From the IMG/VR virus record IMGVR_UViG_3300043607_000053: DNA of 64,000 nucleotides. One strand, given 5' to 3'. The translations under genes and the position numbers were made by a program. Under the pieces are notes generated by a model that saw only the letters and a program-made list of their open reading frames with translations, was not told the DNA's origin and did not search any database. This document shows, piece by piece, positions 47,959-57,880 of the stretch (positions are counted from its first letter, which is position 1; every line of letters starts with the position of its first letter). This stretch comes from a virus.

Positions 47959-48245
47959 TAAAATCCAATTCGGGTTATCCCTGGCTGTACTTCATTACAG
48001 AATGAAGAGTTGTTAATTTGTGTTTTTCTGGAATCCCATAATTCCAATTGCTCATTCGATATATCCTTTATGTTTATAAATATACTTTCCCAGCCACCGT
48101 CTTCCTTTTTGTCACTGCCAATAAGTTTTTGCTGATCATATCGGTTATCTGTTTGCCCCTGCTCTATAAATGCTGATTTTAGAGGACCAGCTATTTCTTC
48201 AAAAATATTGACTGCTTTGCGAACCGAAGTTTGTGACAATGCCAT
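47955..48245 (-). CDS. Hypothetical protein
   Basis: 96 aa, convergent. Confidence 0.55.
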   Translation of the reverse strand: MALSQTSVRKAVNIFEEIAGPLKSAFIEQGQTDNRYDQQKLIGSDKKEDGGWESIFINIKDISNEQLELWDSRKTQINNSSFCNEVQPGITRIGFY

Positions 48246-48399
48246 GTTGTTTATTATTAGGTGAAATTAATTACAGTTGTCTTACTTGTTGCTATCGATT
48301 ATCTTTTCATATTACAGTCGTTCGCCGTGTAGCCCTATGCCTTCGACTAATCGCATGAGATTGAGGGTTTATTATGCAGAAAATATTTGCTACGGGATA

Positions 48400-48669
48400 T
48401 TAATTTTCCGGGATTTTATTCTTTATAAGCATTGAAGCCTTGTATAAAATTTCGTATGCCTCTACCTCTTCGACTTTTAATTCATTAAGCTCTTCCTGGG
48501 GCATGGGGATAAGGTTCATATCTGCATCAATCGTACTGATTTGTCCACAATACATACAAATGGCAATGTCTCCGGCTTTTGGAGATTCATTATTTTTTGC
48601 ATCTGAAAGTGAATCTATTTTGTGTAAACAAGTCTGGCAATGGCGCTCTTCTGTACGCAGAATGGGCAT
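48400..48669 (-). CDS. Zinc-ribbon protein
   Basis: CQTC...CMYCG. Confidence 0.65.
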   Translation of the reverse strand: MPILRTEERHCQTCLHKIDSLSDAKNNESPKAGDIAICMYCGQISTIDADMNLIPMPQEELNELKVEEVEAYEILYKASMLIKNKIPEN

Positions 48670-48819
48670 CGTAAAATTTTTGTGAATTTCCGGATTTACC
48701 GCCTAAAATGACCGTCCGTGAAGGTATTTTTTTGGAAAGCCGTAACTTTAGCTGAATTTGGTTGCCCAATCCCAAATATCCGTGGGATTGTCAACAGGCC
48801 CGTTAATAATTTAGTACCA

Positions 48820-49263
48820 ATGGAAACTAGTGAGAACCAGGCCGGGGCTTCAGGACCGGCTGGTAAGAAAAAGGAGAGTGTGGTGGTGGTAGCGAGTGGA
48901 TCACTAAAAACAATTACCGCTCTATTATCGATCGTAGTTATCGTTTGTTTTGCCATTTTAGGCGGGGCACTTTTTAATGCATTTCACCCGCCACAACCTC
49001 CCCCAAACAAGGAATTGATCAAATACCTGGAGCAAGAGCGCCAGGAGATAGTCAAAAGCCGCCAGGCTATTGAAAAGGTCGCTGCCGATAACATGACCGC
49101 GGCCATCGATCGCCAGCTCCGGGATAGCTTGACAGATATGAAAACGCAGGCACGCTTATTACAATCACTTGACAACTTCCGGCCACTGTATGAAAAAAAT
49201 AAGTATGTCTTTGATCTTGGCGCTACTCAGCTTCGCCGGGAATACACAGACTTCAAACCCTGA
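48820..49263 (+). CDS. TM plus coiled-coil protein (i-spanin-like candidate)
   Basis: ATG 48820; one TM then heptad-rich region. Confidence 0.5.
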   Translation: METSENQAGASGPAGKKKESVVVVASGSLKTITALLSIVVIVCFAILGGALFNAFHPPQPPPNKELIKYLEQERQEIVKSRQAIEKVAADNMTAAIDRQLRDSLTDMKTQARLLQSLDNFRPLYEKNKYVFDLGATQLRREYTDFKP

Positions 49264-49612
49264 TACAACGTGCCTGCCGGTACCGGATGCACAAAAAGTA
49301 TTGAAGGCTGCAAAAGATGGGAAGATATACCATGCAGAAAGAGATAGCGCCTTTGAACTGATCAAAGTAATGGATGGCCGTATCAATTCAAAAGACAGCA
49401 CTATTCAAAACCTGATTATTTCCACGATATCTAAGGATCTGCTTATTGCTACATACAAAAAAGAAAGCGCCAACCTGGTTGATCAGCGCGACAAGCAAAA
49501 GCTCGACACGTATTACTATGAAAATTTGTATCGAAGGCAACGAACAAAATCGGCAATTACCGGTATAGCCGGAATTGCCGGAATTGTTGCAATTTTGTTT
49601 CTGAAAAAATAA
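49190..49612 (+). CDS. Signal peptide plus coiled coil plus C-terminal TM (spanin-like candidate)
   Basis: ATG 49190, overlaps the upstream gene by 74 nt. Confidence 0.5.
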   Translation: MKKISMSLILALLSFAGNTQTSNPDTTCLPVPDAQKVLKAAKDGKIYHAERDSAFELIKVMDGRINSKDSTIQNLIISTISKDLLIATYKKESANLVDQRDKQKLDTYYYENLYRRQRTKSAITGIAGIAGIVAILFLKK

Positions 49613-49659
49613 CATTCCCGCCCCGGTGATCAGTAGTGTGAAAGAAAAGTGAGGTATCT

Positions 49660-50049
49660 ATGGCTAATTCTTATATTGATCTTCCCGCAGATCTGCAGGC
49701 CCTTAATGTCGATGGCCGTTATGATCACATTATCAAACGCGCCAAAAATTTCGGATATCACGACTTCAAATTTGATTGCATACCCGACCATCCGGAGTAT
49801 GGCGATTGTTTATGCCCCAAAGCACAATTGGTTGACGATTTATCGGTATTTCCCGAGCTGGCCGCTATTCGCAAAGAAGTAATGCATGGAAAATATGATG
49901 ATAATTGTGATGAAGTGGATGAGTTAAGAACAAGGGCCATGCTACTTTCAGAAAACGCCCCGGACCAGTTGTTCATTAAAATACTGGGGCAGGATCCTCC
50001 AACCAGGGAGGAAAGAGAAAATTTCAAAAAACAAACCAAACTGAATTGA
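49660..50049 (+). CDS. Hypothetical protein
   Basis: 129 aa. Confidence 0.65.
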   Translation: MANSYIDLPADLQALNVDGRYDHIIKRAKNFGYHDFKFDCIPDHPEYGDCLCPKAQLVDDLSVFPELAAIRKEVMHGKYDDNCDEVDELRTRAMLLSENAPDQLFIKILGQDPPTREERENFKKQTKLN

Positions 50050-50050
50050 A

Positions 50051-50380
50051 ATGCATACTTACGAAGCAAACCAAAATACAAATGGCTGTTATTCTCTTGT
50101 TCGTGATGGAAATGTATGCCGGTGCCCGAAATCTTCCCTTGAATTGCCGCAGGTAAATGCAGTAAGCGGTCAAGTGACAATAGTACCTACGCAAATGACA
50201 TGCTGTACTTTATGCCCGTTTGCAGAATTAAGAGAAGTACCGGGACATGAAGAAGTAAAAAAGATAGAGTATATAACCAGTTGCGAAGGCAGGGATAAAA
50301 CATTTTCCATCGAAAAGATAAATAAGCAGGATCCCGGTGGAAAGAAAATGGCAAGTGTGCTTATGCTAAATCCTGAATAA
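50051..50380 (+). CDS. Cys-containing hypothetical protein
   Basis: CRCP, CCTLCP. Confidence 0.6.
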   Translation: MHTYEANQNTNGCYSLVRDGNVCRCPKSSLELPQVNAVSGQVTIVPTQMTCCTLCPFAELREVPGHEEVKKIEYITSCEGRDKTFSIEKINKQDPGGKKMASVLMLNPE

Positions 50381-50381
50381 A

Positions 50382-50600
50382 ATGGATAAGCATAAAAGAC
50401 TACCTGCTTTTTTAAAGTACATGAGAAAACAAACGAAGCTGACACAAGTTGAATGTGCTTTAAAGGCGGGGGTGGGATTGAAATTTTTACGTAAAGTGGA
50501 ACAGGGAAAGCAAACACTGAATGTTACTAAGGTAAATCAGATACTTGCCCTTTTTGGACATGAGTTACAGCCAGTACGAAGTAAAGAAATTGAGGACTAA
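50382..50600 (+). CDS. XRE/y4mF-family HTH protein
   Basis: RKQTKLTQVECALKAGVGLKFLRKVEQGK. Confidence 0.85.
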   Translation: MDKHKRLPAFLKYMRKQTKLTQVECALKAGVGLKFLRKVEQGKQTLNVTKVNQILALFGHELQPVRSKEIED

Positions 50601-50603
50601 ATT

Positions 50604-50867
50604 ATGTGTGAGCATAAAAAGTTTGAATCCCGTGCAGCAGTAACCAGGCTTACCGACCAGGATGATTCAACAAAAATAACCGGGTACAGGCTTGATCTGC
50701 GGGTATGGTGTACGGATTGCGGCCAATCCTTTGAATTTATTGGAATAAAAGGGGGGTATAGCCCTGTCCATCCCACTGTAAATTTCAATGGCACAGAGCT
50801 GCGATGTCCGTTGGTACCATCTACCGAAAAACCGGACCCCGCTATAATCAAAGCCAATAAAAATTAA
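50604..50867 (+). CDS. Zinc-binding hypothetical protein
   Basis: CEH...CTDCG...C. Confidence 0.6.
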   Translation: MCEHKKFESRAAVTRLTDQDDSTKITGYRLDLRVWCTDCGQSFEFIGIKGGYSPVHPTVNFNGTELRCPLVPSTEKPDPAIIKANKN

Positions 50868-50875
50868 TCCCAGCT

Positions 50876-51259
50876 ATGCAAACAACTATTGCTCTTTATA
50901 TCACCGTTTCTTGTTTTTGGCAGCTTATTTCTCTTTGGGTTGGCTACCTGAAAATACTGGAGAAGGCGAAGACCGATTATATGTACCGACGTATGCTTGA
51001 TGTAAAAAAAAGTTACATAGGAGCATTGTTAAAGGATCAATTATTGGTGCCGGCAATCATAATATTGGGCATTAGTGTGATCATTGCAAGCCCGATTTTA
51101 TTTCCCATCGAATTATTCAGGTATGTAAAAAGACTGTTCTTTGCAAAATCAAAAGCAAAAAAAAGTGTGGATGCTGAAGATGAGACAATGAAACAAGATC
51201 AGGATATTACCGAGATCACTGCGGATGAAGAGGGTAATGAATTTAAGTCTATGATATAG
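50876..51259 (+). CDS. Membrane protein
   Basis: Two hydrophobic segments, acidic tail. Confidence 0.6.
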   Translation: MQTTIALYITVSCFWQLISLWVGYLKILEKAKTDYMYRRMLDVKKSYIGALLKDQLLVPAIIILGISVIIASPILFPIELFRYVKRLFFAKSKAKKSVDAEDETMKQDQDITEITADEEGNEFKSMI

Positions 51260-51263
51260 CTTT

Positions 51264-52574
51264 ATGAAGAAAGATATACCGTTTAAACGCCTGAAGATCC
51301 TGTGCCTGTTTGATTATGCAGCCAATACAGGGTTTGCAACCGTTTCAAAAAATATAGTTCCCCGGTTAAAAAAATTTTTCGCGACCGATAACCTGGTACT
51401 TGATATCTGTGCGATCAATTATTTTGGCGACAAGTACCAGGAAGATAAAAACACAACTGTTTTTTCTGCGCTAAAGTCAATGCCGATAAAAAAAATGCCT
51501 GGCCTGAAAGATGATTTCGGGCGCTTCGGGTTTTTGAATGTACTGGCAATGTCCAATGACGATAACGGCATCGATAAGGTGGCGCCGTGGGAAATGGGTT
51601 ATGACGGCATTTTTATTATCCAGGATCCTGGCATCATTAATTCCCTGGCACTGGACCTGGAAATGATACAGCAGCGAAATAAAAGGGAAAAGCGCAAACA
51701 GTTCAAGAGCATTGTGTATTTCCCGGTGGACCATGATATCAGCAGCTCGGCCATGATCAGCCGCATGGACTTCTTTGACGAGATCGTTACCTATAACGAA
51801 TTTTGCCGGGACCAGATCCTAAAACTACGCCCTGCCTGGCGCGGAAAGCTCCGGGTTATACCACACGGAATGAACCTGGCCGACTTTTACCCGCTTCCCG
51901 AAGACCAGGTAAGCCAGTTTCGCCGGCAATATTTCGGGGAAAATGCCGGGAAGTTCATTATCCTGAACCTGAACCGTAACCAATCCCGTAAAGACATACC
52001 CTGCACAATTTTCGCGTTTGAAGAGCATAGGAGGCAAAATAAGGACGCATTTTTGTATTTGCACATGAATCCATCCGATCCGCTGGGATGGGATTTAAGG
52101 GGCTTACTGGCCCAAACCAGCCTGGTGGAAGGAAAGGACTTCATGTTCCCCCCTGCATCGCAGGAGAACCACGGCGCCGATCTGCAAACTCTGAACAGCA
52201 TATATAATGCCTGCGACGTATATGTTACAACTACGCTGGGGGAGGGCTGGGGGTTGACCGTGACCGAAGCAATGGCCTGTAAGCTCCCGGTGATCTGCCC
52301 GTTAAGCACCTCGCTAATCGATATTTCTGACAATGGCAAAAGAGTGTACCATCTTGAAAACCTATATCCGATTGCCCAAATAGCCGATAATACCAAACGT
52401 GAGCAATGCGATTACGTGGAAGTGGCCGCCCGTATGCAGCAGGTGTACAATGATAAAAAATCCGGCAATGAAATGCTGAAAAGTAAAGTAAAGGCGGCAT
52501 TTGATTATGTACAAACCCTGGATTGGGATATTGTAGCAGTAGAATGGGGTAACTTGATGAAAAAAACATTTTAA
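51264..52574 (+). CDS. GT4-family (GT-B) glycosyltransferase
   Basis: NRNQSRKD, YNACDVYV...GEGWGLTVTEAMACKLPVI. Confidence 0.9.
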   Translation: MKKDIPFKRLKILCLFDYAANTGFATVSKNIVPRLKKFFATDNLVLDICAINYFGDKYQEDKNTTVFSALKSMPIKKMPGLKDDFGRFGFLNVLAMSNDDNGIDKVAPWEMGYDGIFIIQDPGIINSLALDLEMIQQRNKREKRKQFKSIVYFPVDHDISSSAMISRMDFFDEIVTYNEFCRDQILKLRPAWRGKLRVIPHGMNLADFYPLPEDQVSQFRRQYFGENAGKFIILNLNRNQSRKDIPCTIFAFEEHRRQNKDAFLYLHMNPSDPLGWDLRGLLAQTSLVEGKDFMFPPASQENHGADLQTLNSIYNACDVYVTTTLGEGWGLTVTEAMACKLPVICPLSTSLIDISDNGKRVYHLENLYPIAQIADNTKREQCDYVEVAARMQQVYNDKKSGNEMLKSKVKAAFDYVQTLDWDIVAVEWGNLMKKTF

Positions 52575-52606
52575 TACCGGTAATTACAGAATCAAGTATA
52601 TACGCC

Positions 52607-52846
52607 ATGAACGAGGATCCGCAGAAAGATATTAATTTTAGAGATATTCTATTACTGGCTACAAGCCATGAATTTTCTCATGGGTTTAAGGAAAGGGAGA
52701 ATAAAACTTACAGTGAACAGGAAATTGAAGAGATCCTGGGTGCATATAACGAAAAATGGAATGTTTCTAATATGATCAGGGAAATCAGGACGAAGGCCCG
52801 GGATTTATCGAGTAATTTCTCATTGTACTTAATGCATCGAACTTAA
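52607..52846 (+). CDS. Hypothetical protein
   Basis: 79 aa. Confidence 0.45.
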   Translation: MNEDPQKDINFRDILLLATSHEFSHGFKERENKTYSEQEIEEILGAYNEKWNVSNMIREIRTKARDLSSNFSLYLMHRT

Positions 52847-52946
52847 ACCCGGATTATCTGCCGGACACTATGAAGGCGCAAAAATGATGAAATGATCCAT
52901 TCCTCAGCTTTTCGGTGGCGTTAACGCTGCGGCAAAATCAACGAGA

Positions 52947-53246
52947 ATGAGAATACAGGTGTATTGGATGAATAAATTGCTATATGAAGCCGATGCAGAA
53001 AAAGATTTTCATTTTCCTGTTCCTTTTTTTTCGTCAATAGAACGTAAGGGTATCCCCTTAAAAGAACGGGCGTTGCAATTACAAAAAATCTCCGATTATT
53101 TTGTGGAAGAAGTCAAGCGCCGACTGCGTTTGATGAATGTTTTTGAGGCAGAAGTGTACATTTATTTTGAAAGCAGAAGCAACAACTGGACCTGTAAAGA
53201 GATACTGGAATGGGACGGTGATTTTCCGGGGAAAAGTAAAAAATGA
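52947..53246 (+). CDS. Hypothetical protein
   Basis: 99 aa. Confidence 0.55.
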   Translation: MRIQVYWMNKLLYEADAEKDFHFPVPFFSSIERKGIPLKERALQLQKISDYFVEEVKRRLRLMNVFEAEVYIYFESRSNNWTCKEILEWDGDFPGKSKK

Positions 53247-53292
53247 TACGGCAATTACCGTATTTTACAATAAGAAAAGTGTAAGATCGAAT

Positions 53293-53338
53293 AGCCTCCT
53301 GCCAGCTTAGAGGAATACTAAGCGAGGGAGGCTTTTTT
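53293..53338 (+). terminator. Intrinsic terminator (extended hairpin)
   Basis: AGCCTCC/GGAGGCT outer stem, GCTTAG/CTAAGC inner stem, T6. Confidence 0.65.
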
Positions 53339-53413
53339 ATTTAGCGAAATTGGTCTAGTTTTATAGCAAGAAGCGGGTTATTCGTAGTGACCGGGAACCT
53401 AAACCGCTTCTCG

Positions 53414-56400
53414 ATGAAACATAAAAACGGTAAAGCAGGTGGGTACCTGGTTGGTAAGAAACACTCGCAAGGTGGCATACCTATTGTCAATACCGATAAT
53501 CCCAGCCAAAAAATAGAAGCCGAAGACGGCGAAGTGATCATTACAGCTCCCGCTGTTAAGGACAATAAAGTACGTGTGCTCAAAGGCACAAACCGGCAAA
53601 TTCTTTCCCAAATAAATCAGTTAGGCGGTGGTGTATCTTTTGCCAAAGGGGGTGAGATCCCCAAATCAATCAAATGTTCCGGGCGAAAATATGAGTATGG
53701 CGGTAAGATTATGACCGATTACGATATCGTGAAAAGTTGCGGTTGTAAGCATAGTGGTAAAAAAATGGGCAAAGGTGGAAGTACAGATAATGATTCAAAT
53801 GATTGGGATATTAGTGAAGCACTTTTTAAAAAAGAAGGTAACGCAATAGCTAAGAAGCTAAATTCCGATGAAGGGTATAAAATTTTGGATTCCGACCCGG
53901 AGATAGTAAATACTACATGGTCTTCCGGCGGTTGTTATCCTTTTGCAAGAGCAATGCAGCAAATATTCGGAGGTAAACTTGTATTTATTTGGGATAGAGG
54001 TATTGCCCAACACGTAATGCTGAATGTTGGAAAATTATATTTGGATAGCGATGGAGTTTCGGACATTGGTAAAAAATTTAAAGTCGCAAAGACGGAAGGA
54101 CTTAAAAATCCTGTATTAGAAGAGTTTGATATAAAAAAGATAGGTGCTATTGGTATAGGCGGAGAAAATCTAGTCAGAAAAATAGTTGAATACGCTACCA
54201 GCGAGGGAACTGGAAAGATGCAGAAGGGAGGCAACACCGGTGATATTTATGACGATATGAATGCCCAATTTCCAAGTGTTAAAAAGACAATGGAAAAGGT
54301 AAAAAAATTCCTGATTGAAAACGGATATACGATCATAAAGGAGCATGAGCCTGATTTTGATACAGATGGCAGTTTGGAGTTGACAGAAAAAATCCATGTC
54401 AGTATTGATATGGAGTGCGAATTTTCTGCCGGCCTGGAAAGTGCGGACGGAGAGAGATTTTTATTTTATCAGCCAACAACAAGTTTAAAAAAGCTATTAG
54501 CGCAAATAAAAGAAGCAGAAGAGAACAAAGAATTTAAAGATGGAGGGGAAATTGAAAACCAAGCTAATCCCAATAAGGAAATAGAACAAGAGCTTATTGA
54601 GGCGATAAAGGTATTAAAGGCTCCACCTAAGCATCCTTTAAGTAATTATGTAAATGATCCCAAAGCATTTTTATCATTCATTCAGGAACAGGCCACAGGC
54701 TTAAATCCGCAACGCACTTCTGTAACTCTTCCAGAAGGCTTAACACCAGAACTTGCATTCAATTCGGCTGTAACGTTGGTAGGAAGTGAAGATTTCGTAT
54801 TGCAAAGCATTAAAATATTGCCAGAAGAAACTAAAGCAATAATCAAAAAAGCCTGGTATGGAAAAATTATTCCCGTGAAACTTCGCCGGGTGGTAGCTGA
54901 GAGAAAATTTGAATACGGTGGGATGTTTCAGCAAGGGCGAAAGACACTGGCATTAAAAGTTCCTGAAGGCACGGTAAGAAACAGTGCATTTTATCAAACA
55001 TTCAAAAAGGGCGGTTATTTTGACAAGGGTGGTGCAGTGCGCAGCTTAGTGCCTTATCGCGAGAATAGTTTTATTTCTTCATTGGTTGTTAAGCAAGGAG
55101 GTGAATTAGCTGAATCAAAATATAAAGCTCCCAGGATCGGTTTATATGCACCGCGCATCGAACTAACATATACTAACGAAGATAAAATACCAGTAAGAAA
55201 AGTAAATACTTCACAGGGGATTTTTGATTTTCTATGGCAAATATGGAATAAAGATACTCTTCCTATTCTTGAACAATCATACATCTTATATCTGAATACC
55301 AATCTTCGGATAATTGCCTATTATGATTTATCAAAAGGTGGTATAACCGGGACCGTCGTTGATCCCAGGTTAGTAGTTGCGACTGCAGCACAGGCAGGTG
55401 CAACAAATGTGGTATTAGCGCACAACCATCCTTCGGGTGGGTTAACCCCCAGCCGGGGTGATCTAAAAGTGACAGAACAATTGGCTGCAGCTTTAAAAGA
55501 AACAGATACAACATTAATGGATCATTTGATTATTACACCCGATGGGCAGTATTATAGTTTTCTGGATAATGGAAAATTGCAGTATGCACGGGGAGGTAAA
55601 ATCGGTAAATCAAAGGCCAGCAATGATGACAAAAAAACAGGCATTGTAGAGTTCACAAAAATGATCGGTAAGGTAAACCCATTTGTACCTCAGTTTCAGA
55701 TAACATATTTGGCAAACCTTTTCCGTGGCGAAGAAAAACAAGCAGCCATCGATATCCTTACGGATCTTATTGAAGTCATTAATAAAATTCCCTACACCTA
55801 TCAAACAAAAAACCAATCGGCAGATGAAAAAATAGTTTACCTGCATTATTTCTATGGCGGTAGTGATTGGTATATCGTAGAAAAGGATAAAGGGGATCTA
55901 TCCGATCCGATACCGGGGACGCAAAACCAAGCGTACGGATATGTAATATTGAACGGGGATTTAATAGATGCTGAATGGGGGTATATCAGTATTGAAGAAA
56001 TAAGGCAGAATGAGCAAATTGAGCTTGATTTCTATTTTACCCCCGTGCCTTTCGGGGAATTAAAAAAGAAATGGCAGGATCCTGAAGAAGAGCAAGGTGA
56101 AGAACAACAGCAAGGACCGGAATATAGTTTTGTGGGCGGTAAAAATAATAGCCTGGACCTGGTAAAGTTTTCCAGTTATGCAACTACATACAAATGGCTG
56201 GATGATTTCAACGAATTTAATTTATTAAAAAATTATGAGCCTATTCGTGTAGATGAAGAAGATGCAACCGACACGATACCAGAAGGCTATTATCTGGCTA
56301 AGGGCAGCACCGTTACAAAGTATGCGTGGGAAGGGAATCAGAATTTTTTAAATCGCGGCACCTTTGAATCCAACCTGGCATTATTGGAAAACCGAAAGGC

Positions 56401-57868
56401 TGGTGGTGATGAGGTTGAAGACGTAAATACCGGCAATGATCAGCACCGTGGCCGGACCGAAGTAGTAATAATTTTAAAAGCAGGCACAATAGTTCCACTT
56501 AAAAGGAATATTGGAAGACATAAAGCTGGTGACAAGGTAGAATTAGCTTTTGATTTCTATGAAGGGGATGATAAATTAAAAGTAAGATGCTGTGATCAGG
56601 ACCGTATAAAAGAACTTTTTGAGGTAAAGCCATCCGATGTGATCATGCCGGGTGAGACAACCGGCATTGACAATAAAGAATCTGACGGTGACGAAAAAAC
56701 AGAACCAGGCATGAAGCCTGCAGGCGGGGAAAAAATACAGGTCAGACAAATTTCTTTAGGCGCTGCAAAAACCGTGGGTGATTATAATGAAGCTAACCGG
56801 GCGCTGCGCTGGATACTGGATAATAAAAAACAATCGAACCAGGAATATGATATCACTTTTGCTGACGGCTTTATTTTATCCGGGTCTATTGACCTGGAAC
56901 CCTCTACCTTTTGGAAGGATAAGCCGCAGCCGTTCACCTGGCACATAAATACGTTTTGGAATAATATAGCCAATTCTAAGCCTAATCCGGCTTTCCCAAC
57001 TGAAACCGATATCCAATTTGCAGAAGCAGTGGTAAATAATTATGATTTGGGATCTGCCGGCATTATTGAAAATAAAAAGCAGCCATTAAAGCAAGCATCA
57101 ACCACTACCAATAGCCAGCAGGTGCAGATCAATAACCAGGTGCGTGAGCTGATCAAAGAAAAGGGCATAGATTCTCTAAAATATAGTGCGCAAGAATTAT
57201 CACTATTGAAATTGTATGAAGGTGCCGGCGCGGAAAAGGGCAGTAGCACCGATGTAAGGATCCTGGACCAGTTTTTCACGCCAATGGACATTTGCGGAAA
57301 AATGTGGGGTATGGCCATCAAGCATGGGTTTAAATTTCCAGGAAGCAGCATTTGTGAACCCGCAGTAGGAAGTGGACGTTTCTTGTCCTATATCCCGTCC
57401 GATGCCGGCGCATACGTGCGTGCCTACGATGTGGATGAAACGGCATATTCAATTTGCAAAATCTTATATCCAGCATTCGATATCAGGCATAAAAGTTTTG
57501 AAACCGAATTTTTCAAAGGACGTCGCCATATCGGTCTCGCCGGTGTAACGAAGTTCTTTGACCTGGTGATCGGCAATCCTCCTTACCGTGAATATGTAAG
57601 TGAATATGCACCACTGGGAGAAAAGAAGGAAACCGGGGCGTTTACTTTTGAAATGTACTTTATCGCAAGAGGCATTGACGTGCTTGTACCAGGTGGACTA
57701 CTTATATATATTATCCCGAATACCTTTTTGAGCAACGATAATAAGTATAATGAGTTTAAAGAAAAGCTGGCGAAAAAATGTGATTTCCTCGATGCATACA
57801 GATTGCCTAACGGTGTGTTTTCAAATACAGAAGTAAGCACCGATATCATTGTATTGAGAAAAAAATAA
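53414..57868 (+). CDS. Large polyvalent protein: papain-like, JAB/RadC, DUF2958-like and N6-adenine MTase domains
   Basis: ATG 53414; GGCYPFA..H..LDSDG; HNHPSGGLTPSRGD; LHYFYGGSDWYI...EWGYISIEE; QFFTP, EPAVGSGRF, VIGNPPY. Confidence 0.85.
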   Translation: MKHKNGKAGGYLVGKKHSQGGIPIVNTDNPSQKIEAEDGEVIITAPAVKDNKVRVLKGTNRQILSQINQLGGGVSFAKGGEIPKSIKCSGRKYEYGGKIMTDYDIVKSCGCKHSGKKMGKGGSTDNDSNDWDISEALFKKEGNAIAKKLNSDEGYKILDSDPEIVNTTWSSGGCYPFARAMQQIFGGKLVFIWDRGIAQHVMLNVGKLYLDSDGVSDIGKKFKVAKTEGLKNPVLEEFDIKKIGAIGIGGENLVRKIVEYATSEGTGKMQKGGNTGDIYDDMNAQFPSVKKTMEKVKKFLIENGYTIIKEHEPDFDTDGSLELTEKIHVSIDMECEFSAGLESADGERFLFYQPTTSLKKLLAQIKEAEENKEFKDGGEIENQANPNKEIEQELIEAIKVLKAPPKHPLSNYVNDPKAFLSFIQEQATGLNPQRTSVTLPEGLTPELAFNSAVTLVGSEDFVLQSIKILPEETKAIIKKAWYGKIIPVKLRRVVAERKFEYGGMFQQGRKTLALKVPEGTVRNSAFYQTFKKGGYFDKGGAVRSLVPYRENSFISSLVVKQGGELAESKYKAPRIGLYAPRIELTYTNEDKIPVRKVNTSQGIFDFLWQIWNKDTLPILEQSYILYLNTNLRIIAYYDLSKGGITGTVVDPRLVVATAAQAGATNVVLAHNHPSGGLTPSRGDLKVTEQLAAALKETDTTLMDHLIITPDGQYYSFLDNGKLQYARGGKIGKSKASNDDKKTGIVEFTKMIGKVNPFVPQFQITYLANLFRGEEKQAAIDILTDLIEVINKIPYTYQTKNQSADEKIVYLHYFYGGSDWYIVEKDKGDLSDPIPGTQNQAYGYVILNGDLIDAEWGYISIEEIRQNEQIELDFYFTPVPFGELKKKWQDPEEEQGEEQQQGPEYSFVGGKNNSLDLVKFSSYATTYKWLDDFNEFNLLKNYEPIRVDEEDATDTIPEGYYLAKGSTVTKYAWEGNQNFLNRGTFESNLALLENRKAGGDEVEDVNTGNDQHRGRTEVVIILKAGTIVPLKRNIGRHKAGDKVELAFDFYEGDDKLKVRCCDQDRIKELFEVKPSDVIMPGETTGIDNKESDGDEKTEPGMKPAGGEKIQVRQISLGAAKTVGDYNEANRALRWILDNKKQSNQEYDITFADGFILSGSIDLEPSTFWKDKPQPFTWHINTFWNNIANSKPNPAFPTETDIQFAEAVVNNYDLGSAGIIENKKQPLKQASTTTNSQQVQINNQVRELIKEKGIDSLKYSAQELSLLKLYEGAGAEKGSSTDVRILDQFFTPMDICGKMWGMAIKHGFKFPGSSICEPAVGSGRFLSYIPSDAGAYVRAYDVDETAYSICKILYPAFDIRHKSFETEFFKGRRHIGLAGVTKFFDLVIGNPPYREYVSEYAPLGEKKETGAFTFEMYFIARGIDVLVPGGLLIYIIPNTFLSNDNKYNEFKEKLAKKCDFLDAYRLPNGVFSNTEVSTDIIVLRKK

Positions 57869-57880
57869 AAGGTATAAAAA

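Noticed and set aside
50382-50600. HipBA toxin-antitoxin system
   Set aside because: The y4mF/HipB-like HTH has no adjacent HipA kinase.
55180-55580. Host radC DNA-repair gene
   Set aside because: It is only a JAB domain embedded in a polyvalent protein, with no HhH region.
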